A stretch of 64,000 bases of DNA from Massalongia carnosa. Its lineage: Eukaryota. A program made the translations under genes and the position numbers. Below are positions 45,601 to 55,260 of this stretch, piece after piece. The notes beneath the pieces are model-generated. The model saw nothing but the letters and a program-made list of their open reading frames with translations. It did no database searches and was not told the DNA's origin. The DNA is taken from NCBI GenBank assembly GCA_965645245.1, contig OZ287085.1:1178001-1242000 (forward strand). Direction: 5' to 3'. Every line of letters starts with the position of its first letter. The first letter of the stretch is position 1.

Positions 45601-47044
45601 AGCCGAATGTGAAGATAAAGAAGGGATTCTTTATTTTCGAAACCGTCGATACGTACCCAATTCGGATCGGCTCCGTCTCCGTCTCATTCAACAGGCACAC
45701 GACAGCGTAGCAGGTGGCCATCCCGGTCGTTCCAAATGCTACGAACTAATGAATCGATCATACTGGTGGCCCAGTATGCATCAAACCGTCAAACGATTCA
45801 TTCGTAACTGTCACACCTGTAGACGATCCAAACCATCCCGCCAACGATACCAAGGATGGCTACGCCCTCTGTCCCCACCCGAACGTCGATGGCGTGACGT
45901 TTCCATGGACTACGTAGGTCCGCTGCCTCCGAGCACCTTCATGGGTATAACCTATCGTTATATCCTCGTCTTCATCGATCGCCTTTCCAAGATGCGACAT
46001 TTCGTCCCCACCACCTCCATGGAGGTAGAAGAGGCTGCTAACTCCTTCTACCAAAATGTATGGAAATTACACGGTCTCCCAGACGCCTTGATTTCGGATC
46101 GAGGCACCCAATTCACCTCCGATTTCTGGGACATCATGTGTAAACGGCTTAGAATTGATGCTAGGCTATCAACCAGTTTTCATCCCGAGACAGATGGCCA
46201 AACCGAGAGGGCTAATGCAACCATGGAGCACTATCTTCGGGCATACGTCAATTACATGCAAGATGACTGGGCCCAGTACTTACCCGGTGCCGAATTCTCC
46301 AGCAATAACACCGACTCCTCCAGCATTCTCGCCTCTCCCTTCCTGGCTAATTATGGACAACACCCCAGGGTAGGATTCGAACCCGAAGAGCCCCTTCCGC
46401 AAGACCTGACCGCCCAGGGAATCGCTAACCTGATCGCCGCCAATCGATTCGTAGACAAGATGCGAGACGTAGACACTCACCTACGAGAAGAGATGTTGAT
46501 CGCGCAGGCCTCATACGAATCTTCCGCCAATGAGAACCGCCGTCCCTGTCCTCGTTATCTTGTAGGAGACATGGTATGGCTGAACACCCGAAATATCCAG
46601 ACAGCCCGTCCGGCAGCCAAACTGGACGATCGAAATGTCGGTCCTTACCGAGTCTGTAAGGTGTTCGCCAACCCTCTTGTTGTTCAACTGGAACTCCCCG
46701 ACACGGTTAAAATTCATCCGGTCTTTCATGTAAATCTGCTACAACACGACGCAGACGACCCCCTCCCAGGACAAATTCCCGAGCTTCGCGACCCAATAAT
46801 AGCCGAAGATGGACAGCGAGAATGGTATGTCAACAGCATTCTGAACTCGAAACTGGACAGACGTTATCAACCTCCGCTTCTCAAGTATTTCGTCAACTGG
46901 GAAGGACATACCCCCACCTGGGAGCCATTTCACCTACTAACCAACTGTCAACAAGCTCTGGACGAATTCCACGAAGCCTATCCTGGTGCATCCGGCCCAC
47001 ATCTCACCCCCTGTTCCATTCCTCGATGTCGCTGTCATGAATAA
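42653..47044 (+). CDS. pol: Pol of gypsy-4 via -1 frameshift (PR-RT-RH-IN-chromodomain)
   Basis: The -1 frame is open from GGGAAAC at 42653. LIDCGA, YLDDILI, ETDASD, SDRGTQF, EWYVNSILNS...NWEG. Confidence 0.96.
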   Translation, partial: GKRLDSAHRRAQSPILISSCLLANSFSPPLQSNTRFSAASALELFETEEAFRDSHLVVSCILRIGRSRIQALNLIDCGASGYAFIDKKFAQTHQIPLHPLKYARRLEGFDGQPALTGNITHVAEVIMDLNGHVERLFLFVTGLKTYPIVLGHPWLRRHQALADFESNSLSLSSSFCLAHCSPHPVKVKAYTGEKFLSPAESQEVWESENYSSNSQILSEKPVLSDKTTPRDSKTTSLENQDISRIEKAIEQGDSPKIRYRSPSSYRTSTQRHAAQQNRNPPVLDVCEIGALNFNYLGRKKSHEMFALSLKEIDHFLGLTQPEPKPEPKPESRLRQETDWAHSKPTYQPNPRSSPSEKKYHLALFRMNQALTQLCSVTEPEPQPLTLQSSVTAEELNAYRERKNVDPAPLLPKQYHDFLDVFSKKKSDVLPEHRPYDHAIKLKEGSPIPNQALYGMSRTEIEELRRYLDENLSKGFIRASKSPAASPVMFVKKPGGGLRFCVDYRGLNAITIKNRYPLPLITETLNRLSRAKIFTKLDIISAFNRLRIKEGDEELTAFRTRFGLFESLVLPFGLCNGPASFQHFINDTLREYLDDFCTAYLDDILIYSEIEGEHEIHVKRILIKLREAGLQVDITKCKFHVTEVAYLGLIVTTEGIKMDPAKIETVTHWPIPINMKDVQSFLGFANFYRRFVYGFSKIAGPLTNLTKKEVSFQWTDKCQQAFETLKKAFTSEIILMHFDPDRPIIVETDASDYVSGGILSQYDNENVLRPIAYFSKKHNPAECNYEIYDKELMAIVRCFEEWRPELEGSAHPISVISDHKNLEYFASTKQLSRRQARWSEFLSRFDFKIVYRPGKAGGKPDALTRRSGDLPKEGDETDERHKHQHQTILKTHNLDDEVAKRFLSTIILAPAFIEQDPESVEHDHEFIEPEPQLDQPADQTNPGQDPTDVPTQLLWEQALEQDQFSLKVLDMLRNNVRYHNGIQLAECEDKEGILYFRNRRYVPNSDRLRLRLIQQAHDSVAGGHPGRSKCYELMNRSYWWPSMHQTVKRFIRNCHTCRRSKPSRQRYQGWLRPLSPPERRWRDVSMDYVGPLPPSTFMGITYRYILVFIDRLSKMRHFVPTTSMEVEEAANSFYQNVWKLHGLPDALISDRGTQFTSDFWDIMCKRLRIDARLSTSFHPETDGQTERANATMEHYLRAYVNYMQDDWAQYLPGAEFSSNNTDSSSILASPFLANYGQHPRVGFEPEEPLPQDLTAQGIANLIAANRFVDKMRDVDTHLREEMLIAQASYESSANENRRPCPRYLVGDMVWLNTRNIQTARPAAKLDDRNVGPYRVCKVFANPLVVQLELPDTVKIHPVFHVNLLQHDADDPLPGQIPELRDPIIAEDGQREWYVNSILNSKLDRRYQPPLLKYFVNWEGHTPTWEPFHLLTNCQQALDEFHEAYPGASGPHLTPCSIPRCRCHE

Positions 47045-47706
47045 AACTGCTTCGCAGGAGCTCAGCTCTTGAAAGGGGAGCTACTGTCATGAAATCGAAC
47101 CAACCCGATCCAGAATCAATCCCGCAGATGAATCTGACTAAGCTCCCGTTCCTCTATTCAGCTTAGTCAGAATCTCATTAACTAAATCGAGTTTAGACCC
47201 CTCTCAACGGCTTCAGGTCAAAGCTGTACCATCACCATCAAAGCGTACCAACGACAGGAGAACCTCATCTCCACCTTTTATCGTCAAACACCTCGTCAAA
47301 CCTTCGTGCCGTACGTCTCCTAATAGGGGGAGATGAACACTGATCGAATCTTCATGCAAAGGGGTTCGAGACAAATATAAAAGGAAGGACAAGTTAATTA
47401 GATAGTTGACTCCTTGTCCGACGTCTTGTATAGCAATCCATCACCTAGCTATAGCCTTATTAATAAAGACATCTTGATCACCCAATCCAATTCCTAGGAA
47501 CATTAGTTCAATCCCCTGCCCAGTCCTTGACAGAAACAATTCGTTATAATTTAATTTGATTTATTAATCGTAATTTATCGGCTTTTAATATCTTTGCTAA
47601 GACTTCAAGAATCGAAATTTTTTTTCGTGAATCCTGATTAAGAATGATCAGATTAACTCGAATCGAATTTTGAGAGAATTAAAAACGTAAATATTAATTG
47701 GTTCGT

Positions 47707-48190
47707 TGTAATAGGGTAGGCCTAGTATGCGTTCGTTGAACGTAAGACTGGCCTATGTGGCTATGTGGGATACGTATAGCCAAAACAACCACCAAGACAA
47801 TAAGGTCCCGCCTAACCCAGTTAGGCATAGTGTGGGGACTTAACTTATTATGGAGGTGTTTTCGTAGTACACGAAGTATCCCCTCGCCTCGCCTCACCTC
47901 CCCTAGCTCGCCTGCCTAGTCTTATCTACCCGTGTCTTTCGGTGTCCGAAGTATTTCGGAGTCCGAAAATACCAGGTAGTATGGGCAAGGTATGGAAGAA
48001 GAGCTTAGGTTATGGATTGTCCTATCCTATATAGATCAATGATCAAGCACTTTAAAAGGGTAGCATTTAGTCTACCCTTTGACCCGACCCAACCTATTTG
48101 TACCTCTATTGTGACCATCACGTTGTGTAGCCCCTGTGGATCCCATCTTCCAGTAGTGAATGCCTGCTGGGAGAAGGTCTCCCCGTTTCC
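47707..48190 (+). mobile_element. Solo LTR of the gypsy-3 family (484 bp)
   Basis: Reverse-complement match to 11876..12359, with TSD TTCGT. Confidence 0.93.
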
Positions 48191-49162
48191 TTCGTTTATG
48201 ATAATATTTAGATCGATAATTTCTGCACTAATGTCGTGAATGTTCGAGATATATTTAGCAACGTTTTAATTCTTTTGATAAATAAATGTAATTTTTCAAG
48301 CTTGTTTTACTTGAAGAGTGTCACGATAAAATAATATAGAGTTAAATGGTATATCAGGTAGGGAGGAGAGAAGACTGCATGAAGGTGTGTTCTATGACCC
48401 TTATCGGTGCCGTTACCTTCGCTTGCGCTGGGGGGGCTTTTAATTGGATGAATTGATTTGAATGCTTGAATTTGATTGGGCATGGGAACGACACAGGTCA
48501 GCCCGGGCAGGCCTAGGCACGTGACTCGGGGTCGGTGCTGAGGTGAGAACCTCATCTTCTAGGCCCGAGGCGTCTGCTGACGCTCAACGATCCGATAGAT
48601 GATGCCCGACGGCAGTGCCCGACGGCGATGATCTAGATGGAGGTGCCCGGCGGCGCTCCGGATCGATGCCCTGGTTGACCTGTACGCCCATCGCTCACTT
48701 AAGGTGGCTTCTAACTAGCTATGAATCTCGGGTGGCCGAGGGTGGGGAAAAGCAGCAAGCACTGACAGCGAGGTAGGGGCACCGAGACAACGTGGGGTCG
48801 ACGACGAGTCAGTGAGATGGATGAGGCCGAGTGAGAAGAAGTGGATGAGGAAAGAATTTTCAGAGGGTGATTCTTAATTTACTTTGACTCAGGGGCCTCA
48901 CGTGACATAGAACCATCTCATCTATGACCCTTATCGGTGCCGTTACCTTCGCTTGCGCTGGGGGGGCTTTTAATTGGATGAATTGATTTGAATGCTTGAA
49001 TTTGATTGGGCATGGGAACGACACAGGTCAGCCCGGGCAGGCCTAGGCACGTGACTCGGGGTCGGTGCTGAGGTGAGAACCTCATCTTCTAGGCCCGAGG
49101 CGTCTGCTGACGCTCAACGATCCGATAGATGATGCCCGACGGCAGTGCCCGACGGCGATGAT

Positions 49163-50326
49163 CTAGATGGAGGTGCCCGGCGGCGCTCCGGATCGATGCC
49201 CTGGTTGACCTGTACGCCCAATGGAATGCCCAATTGAGTAGGGGTAGGAGTTTGTAGGATTCGTCTCGGCGACGACAGCACGTGGGACTGCTAGAGGGAT
49301 GCCTTTTTGAAAACTGAGGTTCAAATTGAATAGTGAGGCCTGGGACGTCTGAAAGTATAGCTGAAACGCGTTTGATGACCATCTTCCGAGTCTCTGAATA
49401 CTCTCATCCAGCATCCCGTGGTCGGCGGCGTGTTGTGCTGCTCCTTTTCTGAAGCTGTGTCCCGAGTATGCCGAGTCGTTGATGCCGACGGCTATCAGTC
49501 TCTTTTTCAGGGATGCTATGACGGAGGCTCTGGTGAATGCGGTGCCGAGACGAAAAAGCGGGGATGTAGATGGCTGAGGATCATTTCTGAAAAGACGCCG
49601 TAGTGCTGTCACGGGGCAAGTGCTCTCATTGGTCGCTGCCAGCACTATCTGAACTCCTGAGTGATTTGTGTCTGTTTTGCTTCTTTTGAGACGTAATGTC
49701 GCGTATTGATCGTTCTCGGCGAATGAGATGTCACCTCGTGTAGGTTTCAATCTCTGAAAAGATGTCTTCTTACGATCAGCGACAGTGTAGGTGATTTCCC
49801 CGAGTCTGAGGAACCCTGCCCATGCAACTTTGAATGTCGCGTCGATGTTGAGGTCTTCGGCCGAATGAGCGGGAATACTGGTGATTTTTGTCAGTAATTC
49901 TTTTGAAATGGGTAGGCGTCTTCTTTTTGTCTGAGAAAAGATCCTTTTTCCCCCTTTCAGCATCAATTGAAGTCTCGGCCCCTCGAATGGGGTGAGGCCG
50001 TATCCTCGGTCTACATGGTATGATCTGAGGCCGGCGAGGTAGCTCGCTGCCGTCTCTGGTTTTATCTTTCCCTGCTTGGGTGTGCCGCCCCCGTATAGTC
50101 GACCGGCTAGCCATTCCTCGAGGGACTCGGTTGTTGCAGGCCACGACGTGCGTCCCGTCGTCGCGCAGAATGCCTCGTATGAGTCGATCGCCGTCCCGTA
50201 CCCTTTTCTCGTGTCCGCCGAGTGTCCGTGCCAGACGAGACGTTTTACCAGGGCTGACCCTGGTGTGGAGGATAGGTAGGTGGAGGGAGGTTCATCGAAT
50301 TGTATGGGTTCTGCCAATGAGGGCAA
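49163..50326 (-). CDS. Tyrosine recombinase
   Basis: FLRLGEI, KRSKTD, GHSFRKG, LGRWSS...LY catalytic set. Overlaps the 3' end of RT. Confidence 0.95.
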   Translation of the reverse strand: MPSLAEPIQFDEPPSTYLSSTPGSALVKRLVWHGHSADTRKGYGTAIDSYEAFCATTGRTSWPATTESLEEWLAGRLYGGGTPKQGKIKPETAASYLAGLRSYHVDRGYGLTPFEGPRLQLMLKGGKRIFSQTKRRRLPISKELLTKITSIPAHSAEDLNIDATFKVAWAGFLRLGEITYTVADRKKTSFQRLKPTRGDISFAENDQYATLRLKRSKTDTNHSGVQIVLAATNESTCPVTALRRLFRNDPQPSTSPLFRLGTAFTRASVIASLKKRLIAVGINDSAYSGHSFRKGAAQHAADHGMLDESIQRLGRWSSNAFQLYFQTSQASLFNLNLSFQKGIPLAVPRAVVAETNPTNSYPYSIGHSIGRTGQPGHRSGAPPGTSI

Positions 50327-51948
50327 AAGTTAGCCAATCTTTCATCATCAAAACGTGACAGGGCATCTGCTAGTCCATTGGAAGTGCCACTGATCCATTG
50401 ACAACGTAGTACGATGTCCCACTTTGCAGCTATGGACAGTATTTCTCGTAGAGGCGCGTTGGCCGGTCCCTTGAGGGTTAGATTCGTGAATCCTGTGTAT
50501 GCTGTGTTGCTGTCGGTAAAGACAAGGATCTGTCGATGTCGCCATGTCGGCGCCCATTTCTGAAGGATTAGAAGGATAGCTTCGACTTCTCGGACGTTTA
50601 TGCTCGGTGATCCTTCCTGATTGAGGACTAGGACTCGGGCCCTACATGCGTTTTTTTGATTCACGAGCTCGTTGTCTTGTTGAAAATAGCCTCCGAGACC
50701 CGTGAGGCATGCATCCGTATGCACCTTGATCGTGTCTCGTGTTGACGTCTCGAAGAAGACAATACCGTTGAAGTCCACTAGAAGTTTGTTCCACCAGATG
50801 AGATCCTGTCTGACCCATGTGGGAATTCTTCTTTTGACCCGACGATGACTGCCCGAGGGAAATGAGGCTATAAAATTCCAGAATAATCGTAAGAAGACTC
50901 GGCCCAATTTGACTGCCTGTGCGCAGAAGCTTAGGAAGCCCGCTATTGACTGCATGTCGCCGAGGCTGATTGTCGTCTCGTTTAGTGCCTTTGTAGTGAT
51001 GATTCTCGCTTTTTCCAGCTTGTCCGCTGGCAGACGAATAAGACTGTTGATGGTGTCGACCTCGAGTCCGAAGACTGTCGCTGTCGTTCCCTCGGCGTCT
51101 TTTGAGTCGTTTCTCGGGATGCCAAGAATGTCGGTGAGAATGTTGTAGGCTTTTGTTTCTTGGTGCAATCGTTCTGACGATGTCTCGGATGGGAAAATTG
51201 CAACGAAGTCGTCTAGATAGTGATGTAATCTCCATTGTAGAAAGGATTCCAAAATCCAATGAAAGCCTTCCGCAAAAAGATTGAAGATGAACGGGGCCGT
51301 CGACAGTCCGAACGAAAGGCATGTCTCGGTGTAGAATTCGTCATTCCATCCGAAACCCAGAAGCCATTGATGATGAGGTGCGACGGGAACGTTTCGAAAG
51401 GCGTCTTTGACGTCTCTTTTCACTATGACAGCACCTTTGCCCGCTGACAGAATCAATTGAATAATGTCGTCGAGTCTGGCGTATTGTAATTTGGATGCCT
51501 CTTCTGGAATGTTGTCGTTGACTGATGTTTGATTGGGATGAGACAGATGATGAATGCGTCGCCATCCTCCGTCATGTTTCGGGACCAAGCCGAGGGGGGA
51601 GGCCACAAATGGCTGACTCGGGGCGGCTATTCGTCTGACTCGGCCCTTCCTGAGGTCCTCTTGGAGCTTATTCTCGATCGTTTCCGGGTCCTCATTCGCT
51701 GATGTCAGATTTTTTTCGATCCGAAGGATGTCTGTGGGGCCTTCGTATCCGATTTGTACTCCGAAACGAAGGATCATGGGCAGATGGACTCGGAGGGGGC
51801 CCGGATACTCTTGAAGTAGAGTTGCCCATGCGGACGGTACGAGGGGAGATGGGCTGTCTTTCAAACGCTGACGAGATGCGTCTACGAGTTGAAACGAAGG
51901 GATTGTATTTGGTCTGATTGGTGCAGGTAAGCAGGGATGGGACGTCAT
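50245..51948 (-). CDS. Reverse transcriptase / RNase H (DIRS-type)
   Basis: WRRIHHLS, DVKDAF, LSFGLSTAP, YLDDF, TDAC..G.GG, TDS, NGLADALSR. Confidence 0.95.
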   Translation of the reverse strand: MTSHPCLPAPIRPNTIPSFQLVDASRQRLKDSPSPLVPSAWATLLQEYPGPLRVHLPMILRFGVQIGYEGPTDILRIEKNLTSANEDPETIENKLQEDLRKGRVRRIAAPSQPFVASPLGLVPKHDGGWRRIHHLSHPNQTSVNDNIPEEASKLQYARLDDIIQLILSAGKGAVIVKRDVKDAFRNVPVAPHHQWLLGFGWNDEFYTETCLSFGLSTAPFIFNLFAEGFHWILESFLQWRLHHYLDDFVAIFPSETSSERLHQETKAYNILTDILGIPRNDSKDAEGTTATVFGLEVDTINSLIRLPADKLEKARIITTKALNETTISLGDMQSIAGFLSFCAQAVKLGRVFLRLFWNFIASFPSGSHRRVKRRIPTWVRQDLIWWNKLLVDFNGIVFFETSTRDTIKVHTDACLTGLGGYFQQDNELVNQKNACRARVLVLNQEGSPSINVREVEAILLILQKWAPTWRHRQILVFTDSNTAYTGFTNLTLKGPANAPLREILSIAAKWDIVLRCQWISGTSNGLADALSRFDDERLANFCPHWQNPYNSMNLPPPTYPPHQGQPW

Positions 51949-51993
51949 GAATTCAGCTATTGAAGCTATTCTACTGCCTCCTGCACCAACCCC

Positions 51994-53007
51994 CTATTTC
52001 TTCGTTGGGCATGTCTTCTGGCCATGCCCAGCCGCGCCGCACGATTTACATTTGTGCTGTCGGTAGCACGACGGCCAGGTGCAGGTGCCGCTGTTGTACT
52101 TGTCGCAGATTTCCCCCGCTGCCTTCTCGGCCCTATCGGCCCTGTCTCCTCTCGGGGTCGGTCGCCGGGACGGCGGGGATCGTGAGCGGCGACGGCGTAG
52201 GACTGTGAGGGGGGTGCAGAATCGAGCTTGGAATTCGTCGGGCATTTTCCATTGGGATGCGTCGGATGGCTGAGACGCGATGATGTGAGTGTGGGTTTCG
52301 ATGGCGAGGGGGAGGACTGCTTCCTGCCACTCGTACACCTTGGCCAGCGTGAGGATTTTTCCGTGGAATGCCGACATGGTGGCGTGAAGCTGTTGACTCG
52401 ATTTCCCGAAAAGACTGACCATGATCGAGGTGTAGTTGATGAAGCTCTCGGTCCAGACGTCATGAACTGTCTTTCCGAAATCTTTGTAGGTCCCGGATGC
52501 CTTTCTCAACCTCAAGGCGCCGTCTTCGATGCCGATGCGGTCCTGATCCTTGTAGGACTCGTATTGCATGCCGTGCATGTGTCGGAGGCGGGAGAGGTTG
52601 ATGGCTTTGAATTTATTTGAAAAGATCTTGATGATCTCGTCCTGTGGTAGGCCCGCGAAACGGGGTGCTATACTTCTTACTTCGAGAGGGATCTCACCTA
52701 GGTCCTCGTCGTCATCGCCGACGACACGACTCGGCTTGCCAGCAGGAATGACGGCCGCTATTCGGGCGTCAGATTCTCGGCGCATGCAGTCGATTTCTAG
52801 CTGCATTTTTTCCACCTCCTTCTCGGCGACCAATGCCTTGGACTCGGCAATTCTGGCCTCAGCCTCGGCCGCCTTCGCTTCTGCCTCGGCTTTCTTCTTT
52901 TGTAGGGCGAAGATTTGATTGGACTGGGCCTGCGTCAATCCGACAATCTCCTGGGAGTCGGGGACTATGTCGTCCATCGGGGTGCTTTGGGAACGGGTGT
53001 TCGTCAT
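51994..53007 (-). CDS. Gag-like ORF1 of the YR retrotransposon
   Basis: Coiled coil and a C-terminal CDKYN..C..C...H-CKSC...H....C zinc-finger pair. ATG at 53007. Confidence 0.85.
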   Translation of the reverse strand: MTNTRSQSTPMDDIVPDSQEIVGLTQAQSNQIFALQKKKAEAEAKAAEAEARIAESKALVAEKEVEKMQLEIDCMRRESDARIAAVIPAGKPSRVVGDDDEDLGEIPLEVRSIAPRFAGLPQDEIIKIFSNKFKAINLSRLRHMHGMQYESYKDQDRIGIEDGALRLRKASGTYKDFGKTVHDVWTESFINYTSIMVSLFGKSSQQLHATMSAFHGKILTLAKVYEWQEAVLPLAIETHTHIIASQPSDASQWKMPDEFQARFCTPLTVLRRRRSRSPPSRRPTPRGDRADRAEKAAGEICDKYNSGTCTWPSCYRQHKCKSCGAAGHGQKTCPTKK

Positions 53008-53746
53008 TGGGAAAAAGCACCGACAGCGAGGTAGGGGCACCGAGGACAACGTGAGGTCGACGACGAGTCAGTGAGATGGGAAAAGCAGCAAGCACTGACA
53101 GCGAGGTAGGGGCACCGAGACAACGTGGGGTCGACGACGAGTCAGTGAGATGGATGAGGCCGAGTGAGAAGAAGTGGATGAGGAAAGAATTTTCAGAGGG
53201 TGATTCTTAATTTACTTTGACTCAGGGGCCTCACGTGACATAGAACCATCTCATCTATTGAGATCTGTCTACATGGCTATTATATACTGCCTAGCGCGCC
53301 AAGGCTCGGAGGGCTACGCTACACCCGCAAAGGGGTTGGAGGATAATTTAACACATAGCATGCTTTCGTACTCTAACACTTGCTTATTACCGTTATAAGC
53401 CCGGCTTAACTCTTTGGTCCTTCCATGATAGGAGCAGGTCCAGATTGGGACTAGTCTAGATTAGCTGTATATAGACGAGCTTGCTCAATGGATATCCTTT
53501 TACACACCCTTATTATGATGATTACCTTTACAAATGGTAGCACTGTCTCGCAGTACCATTGATTACTGTATAGATCACCAGGAGGAATCCTCCACTAGAA
53601 GTAGCACTTTAACCAGTCTTCCTGCCAAAGCTCACCTCGGTTGAATTCACCGTGGCGAGGCCCAACCTGGCTTCCCAATTCACCTCTGTTTCCCCTCCAC
53701 AAGGTTCCCCTCCACCTCTTTCAGAAGACCTTATTCTGTTAGCCTA

Positions 53747-54904
53747 CACCCGTTTGCAAAATTGTGTGCCGAACTTTGAACCCCGAAACTGCGTGGTAAA
53801 AAAAAATATTAAGCGACAGAATTGGACCACACATCAGAATTTGGTGCGGTAACTAATGGCCCTCCTCCCTTTCACACCACCTTTTGCAGTCTGTAGGATA
53901 AATGATATGTAGTGTTTTCATGTAGATCTTTATTCTTGCTACCTCGTAGTTTCAAAAGCAAACATGGGACGATCATTCAGCATCATCAAACGCCAGGCTA
54001 TAAAGTTCAGACTGGAATCTGATGAAGATGCTACTGGTGTCAGCATTAGACAACTACGTAAGATGAGATATAGTTGGGAACATTTCAGTGAGGTTGCAAA
54101 ACCTCAGCTTGCTACTGGCCGGCGCAAGAAAATGAATCAACAATAAATCGAGCAACTACTCATGTATCTGGATCAGAGACCTACCTCTTATTTGGACGAG
54201 ATGTGCTGGTTTTTGTATGATGAATTCGACGTCTTGGTGAGCGAGTCTACAGTTTCTCGAACTCTTAAGCAGATGGCCTGGAATCGAAAGATGGCTATTC
54301 GTATAGCATAACAACGCAACCAATCTTTGCGTGATGAGAAGATGATTAGACTCGGAGGATGGAGGGCTGATCAGTTGATTTTCTGGACGAAAGCGCTACA
54401 TGCGAGCATACTGGTCAGTACTATTTGAAGAACTTCAGTTTCTTTGCTAATTGTTATTACTTTAGGTGATCGTCGATATGGATGGGCCGCACCAGGAATC
54501 AAACCGACCATGATTCAAGCGCTCAAACTTTCTAAGAGATGGAGTATATTACTAGCGTTCACCATCGACAGTTTTATAACTTGGGAGGTGCATCATGGCT
54601 CTATAATATCAGATATTCTGAATGAATTCGTCAGGCTCAAGGTTTTACCATACTGCGCTGGAGGTAATGGTCCTCGTTCGGTTTTGATTATGGATAATGC
54701 TTCTATACATTGGAGTGAGGAATTGAGGATCATGTGTCGGGATGCATATGTTTTGCTGGTTCATTTGCCTCCGTAATCACCCGATTTTAATCCAATAGAG
54801 ACTTTATTCTCTATTCTTAAGGCCTGGATTAAACGTCACAGTAGTTTAATTGATTCATATATAGAGGAATCTGGTGGATTTGGGAGATTTTTAGAAGATG
54901 CACT
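53747..54904 (+). mobile_element. Degenerate Tc1/IS630-like transposon (Tc1-2), cut at 54905 by an LTR insertion
   Basis: Transposase remnants 53964-54904 (YLDEM, LDES, MDNASIH...LPP*SPDFNPIE). The putative left TIR TA|CACCCGTTTGCAAAA has no partner in the window. Confidence 0.8.
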
Positions 54905-55260
54905 TGTTAGATGGTAAGGACTAACATCTAACATCTATCTGGTTATTAGATGGTAAGAACTGTTAGAGAGTAAGTGTTAGATGGTAAGAACTGTTAGACT
55001 ACCATCATGGGCATCCGTCTAGTGTAAGGAAGCTGTCGTCGATTCTAATCAACCGCTATTAAACTAAAATTTATCTACAAAAGAAGAAAGAAACATTGTG
55101 CGCGACTCGCTAGAAATATCTGCACCGAGTGTCGCGCTAGCCTCGCTTGCTCGCGTGCTCCCCCCTTCCATCTCAGCCTTATGTCAGGCTAGGACCCTGA
55201 CACTATCCCCCCTTCTATTGGCAAGGTCTCCGAAGCGCTAAGTGGCAGGCGCCCTGCCAG

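Larger units (their letters stand above)
40954..47532 (+). mobile_element. Full-length Ty3/gypsy chromovirus (gypsy-4), intact and very young
   Basis: 448-bp LTRs 40954..41401 and 47085..47532 with no differences noticed, TSD GAAAC, PPT GAAAGGGGAGCTAC. Confidence 0.97.
48391..53258 (-). mobile_element. Tyrosine-recombinase retrotransposon (DIRS order, Ngaro-type split direct repeats), intact
   Basis: A1 53078..53258 = A2 48745..48925 (181 bp) and B1 48921..49220 = B2 48391..48690 (300 bp), order A1-ORFs-B1-A2-B2, with three intact ORFs. Confidence 0.95.

Noticed and set aside
49163..50326. Tyrosine recombinase as a Starship captain, Crypton or phage integrase
   Set aside because: It overlaps a DIRS-type RT/RNase H and lies within split direct repeats.
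48319..53540. Solo LTR (TGTCACG at 48319) as the target of the YR element
   Set aside because: No CA end with a matching AAGAG TSD was found, so it is left unassigned.
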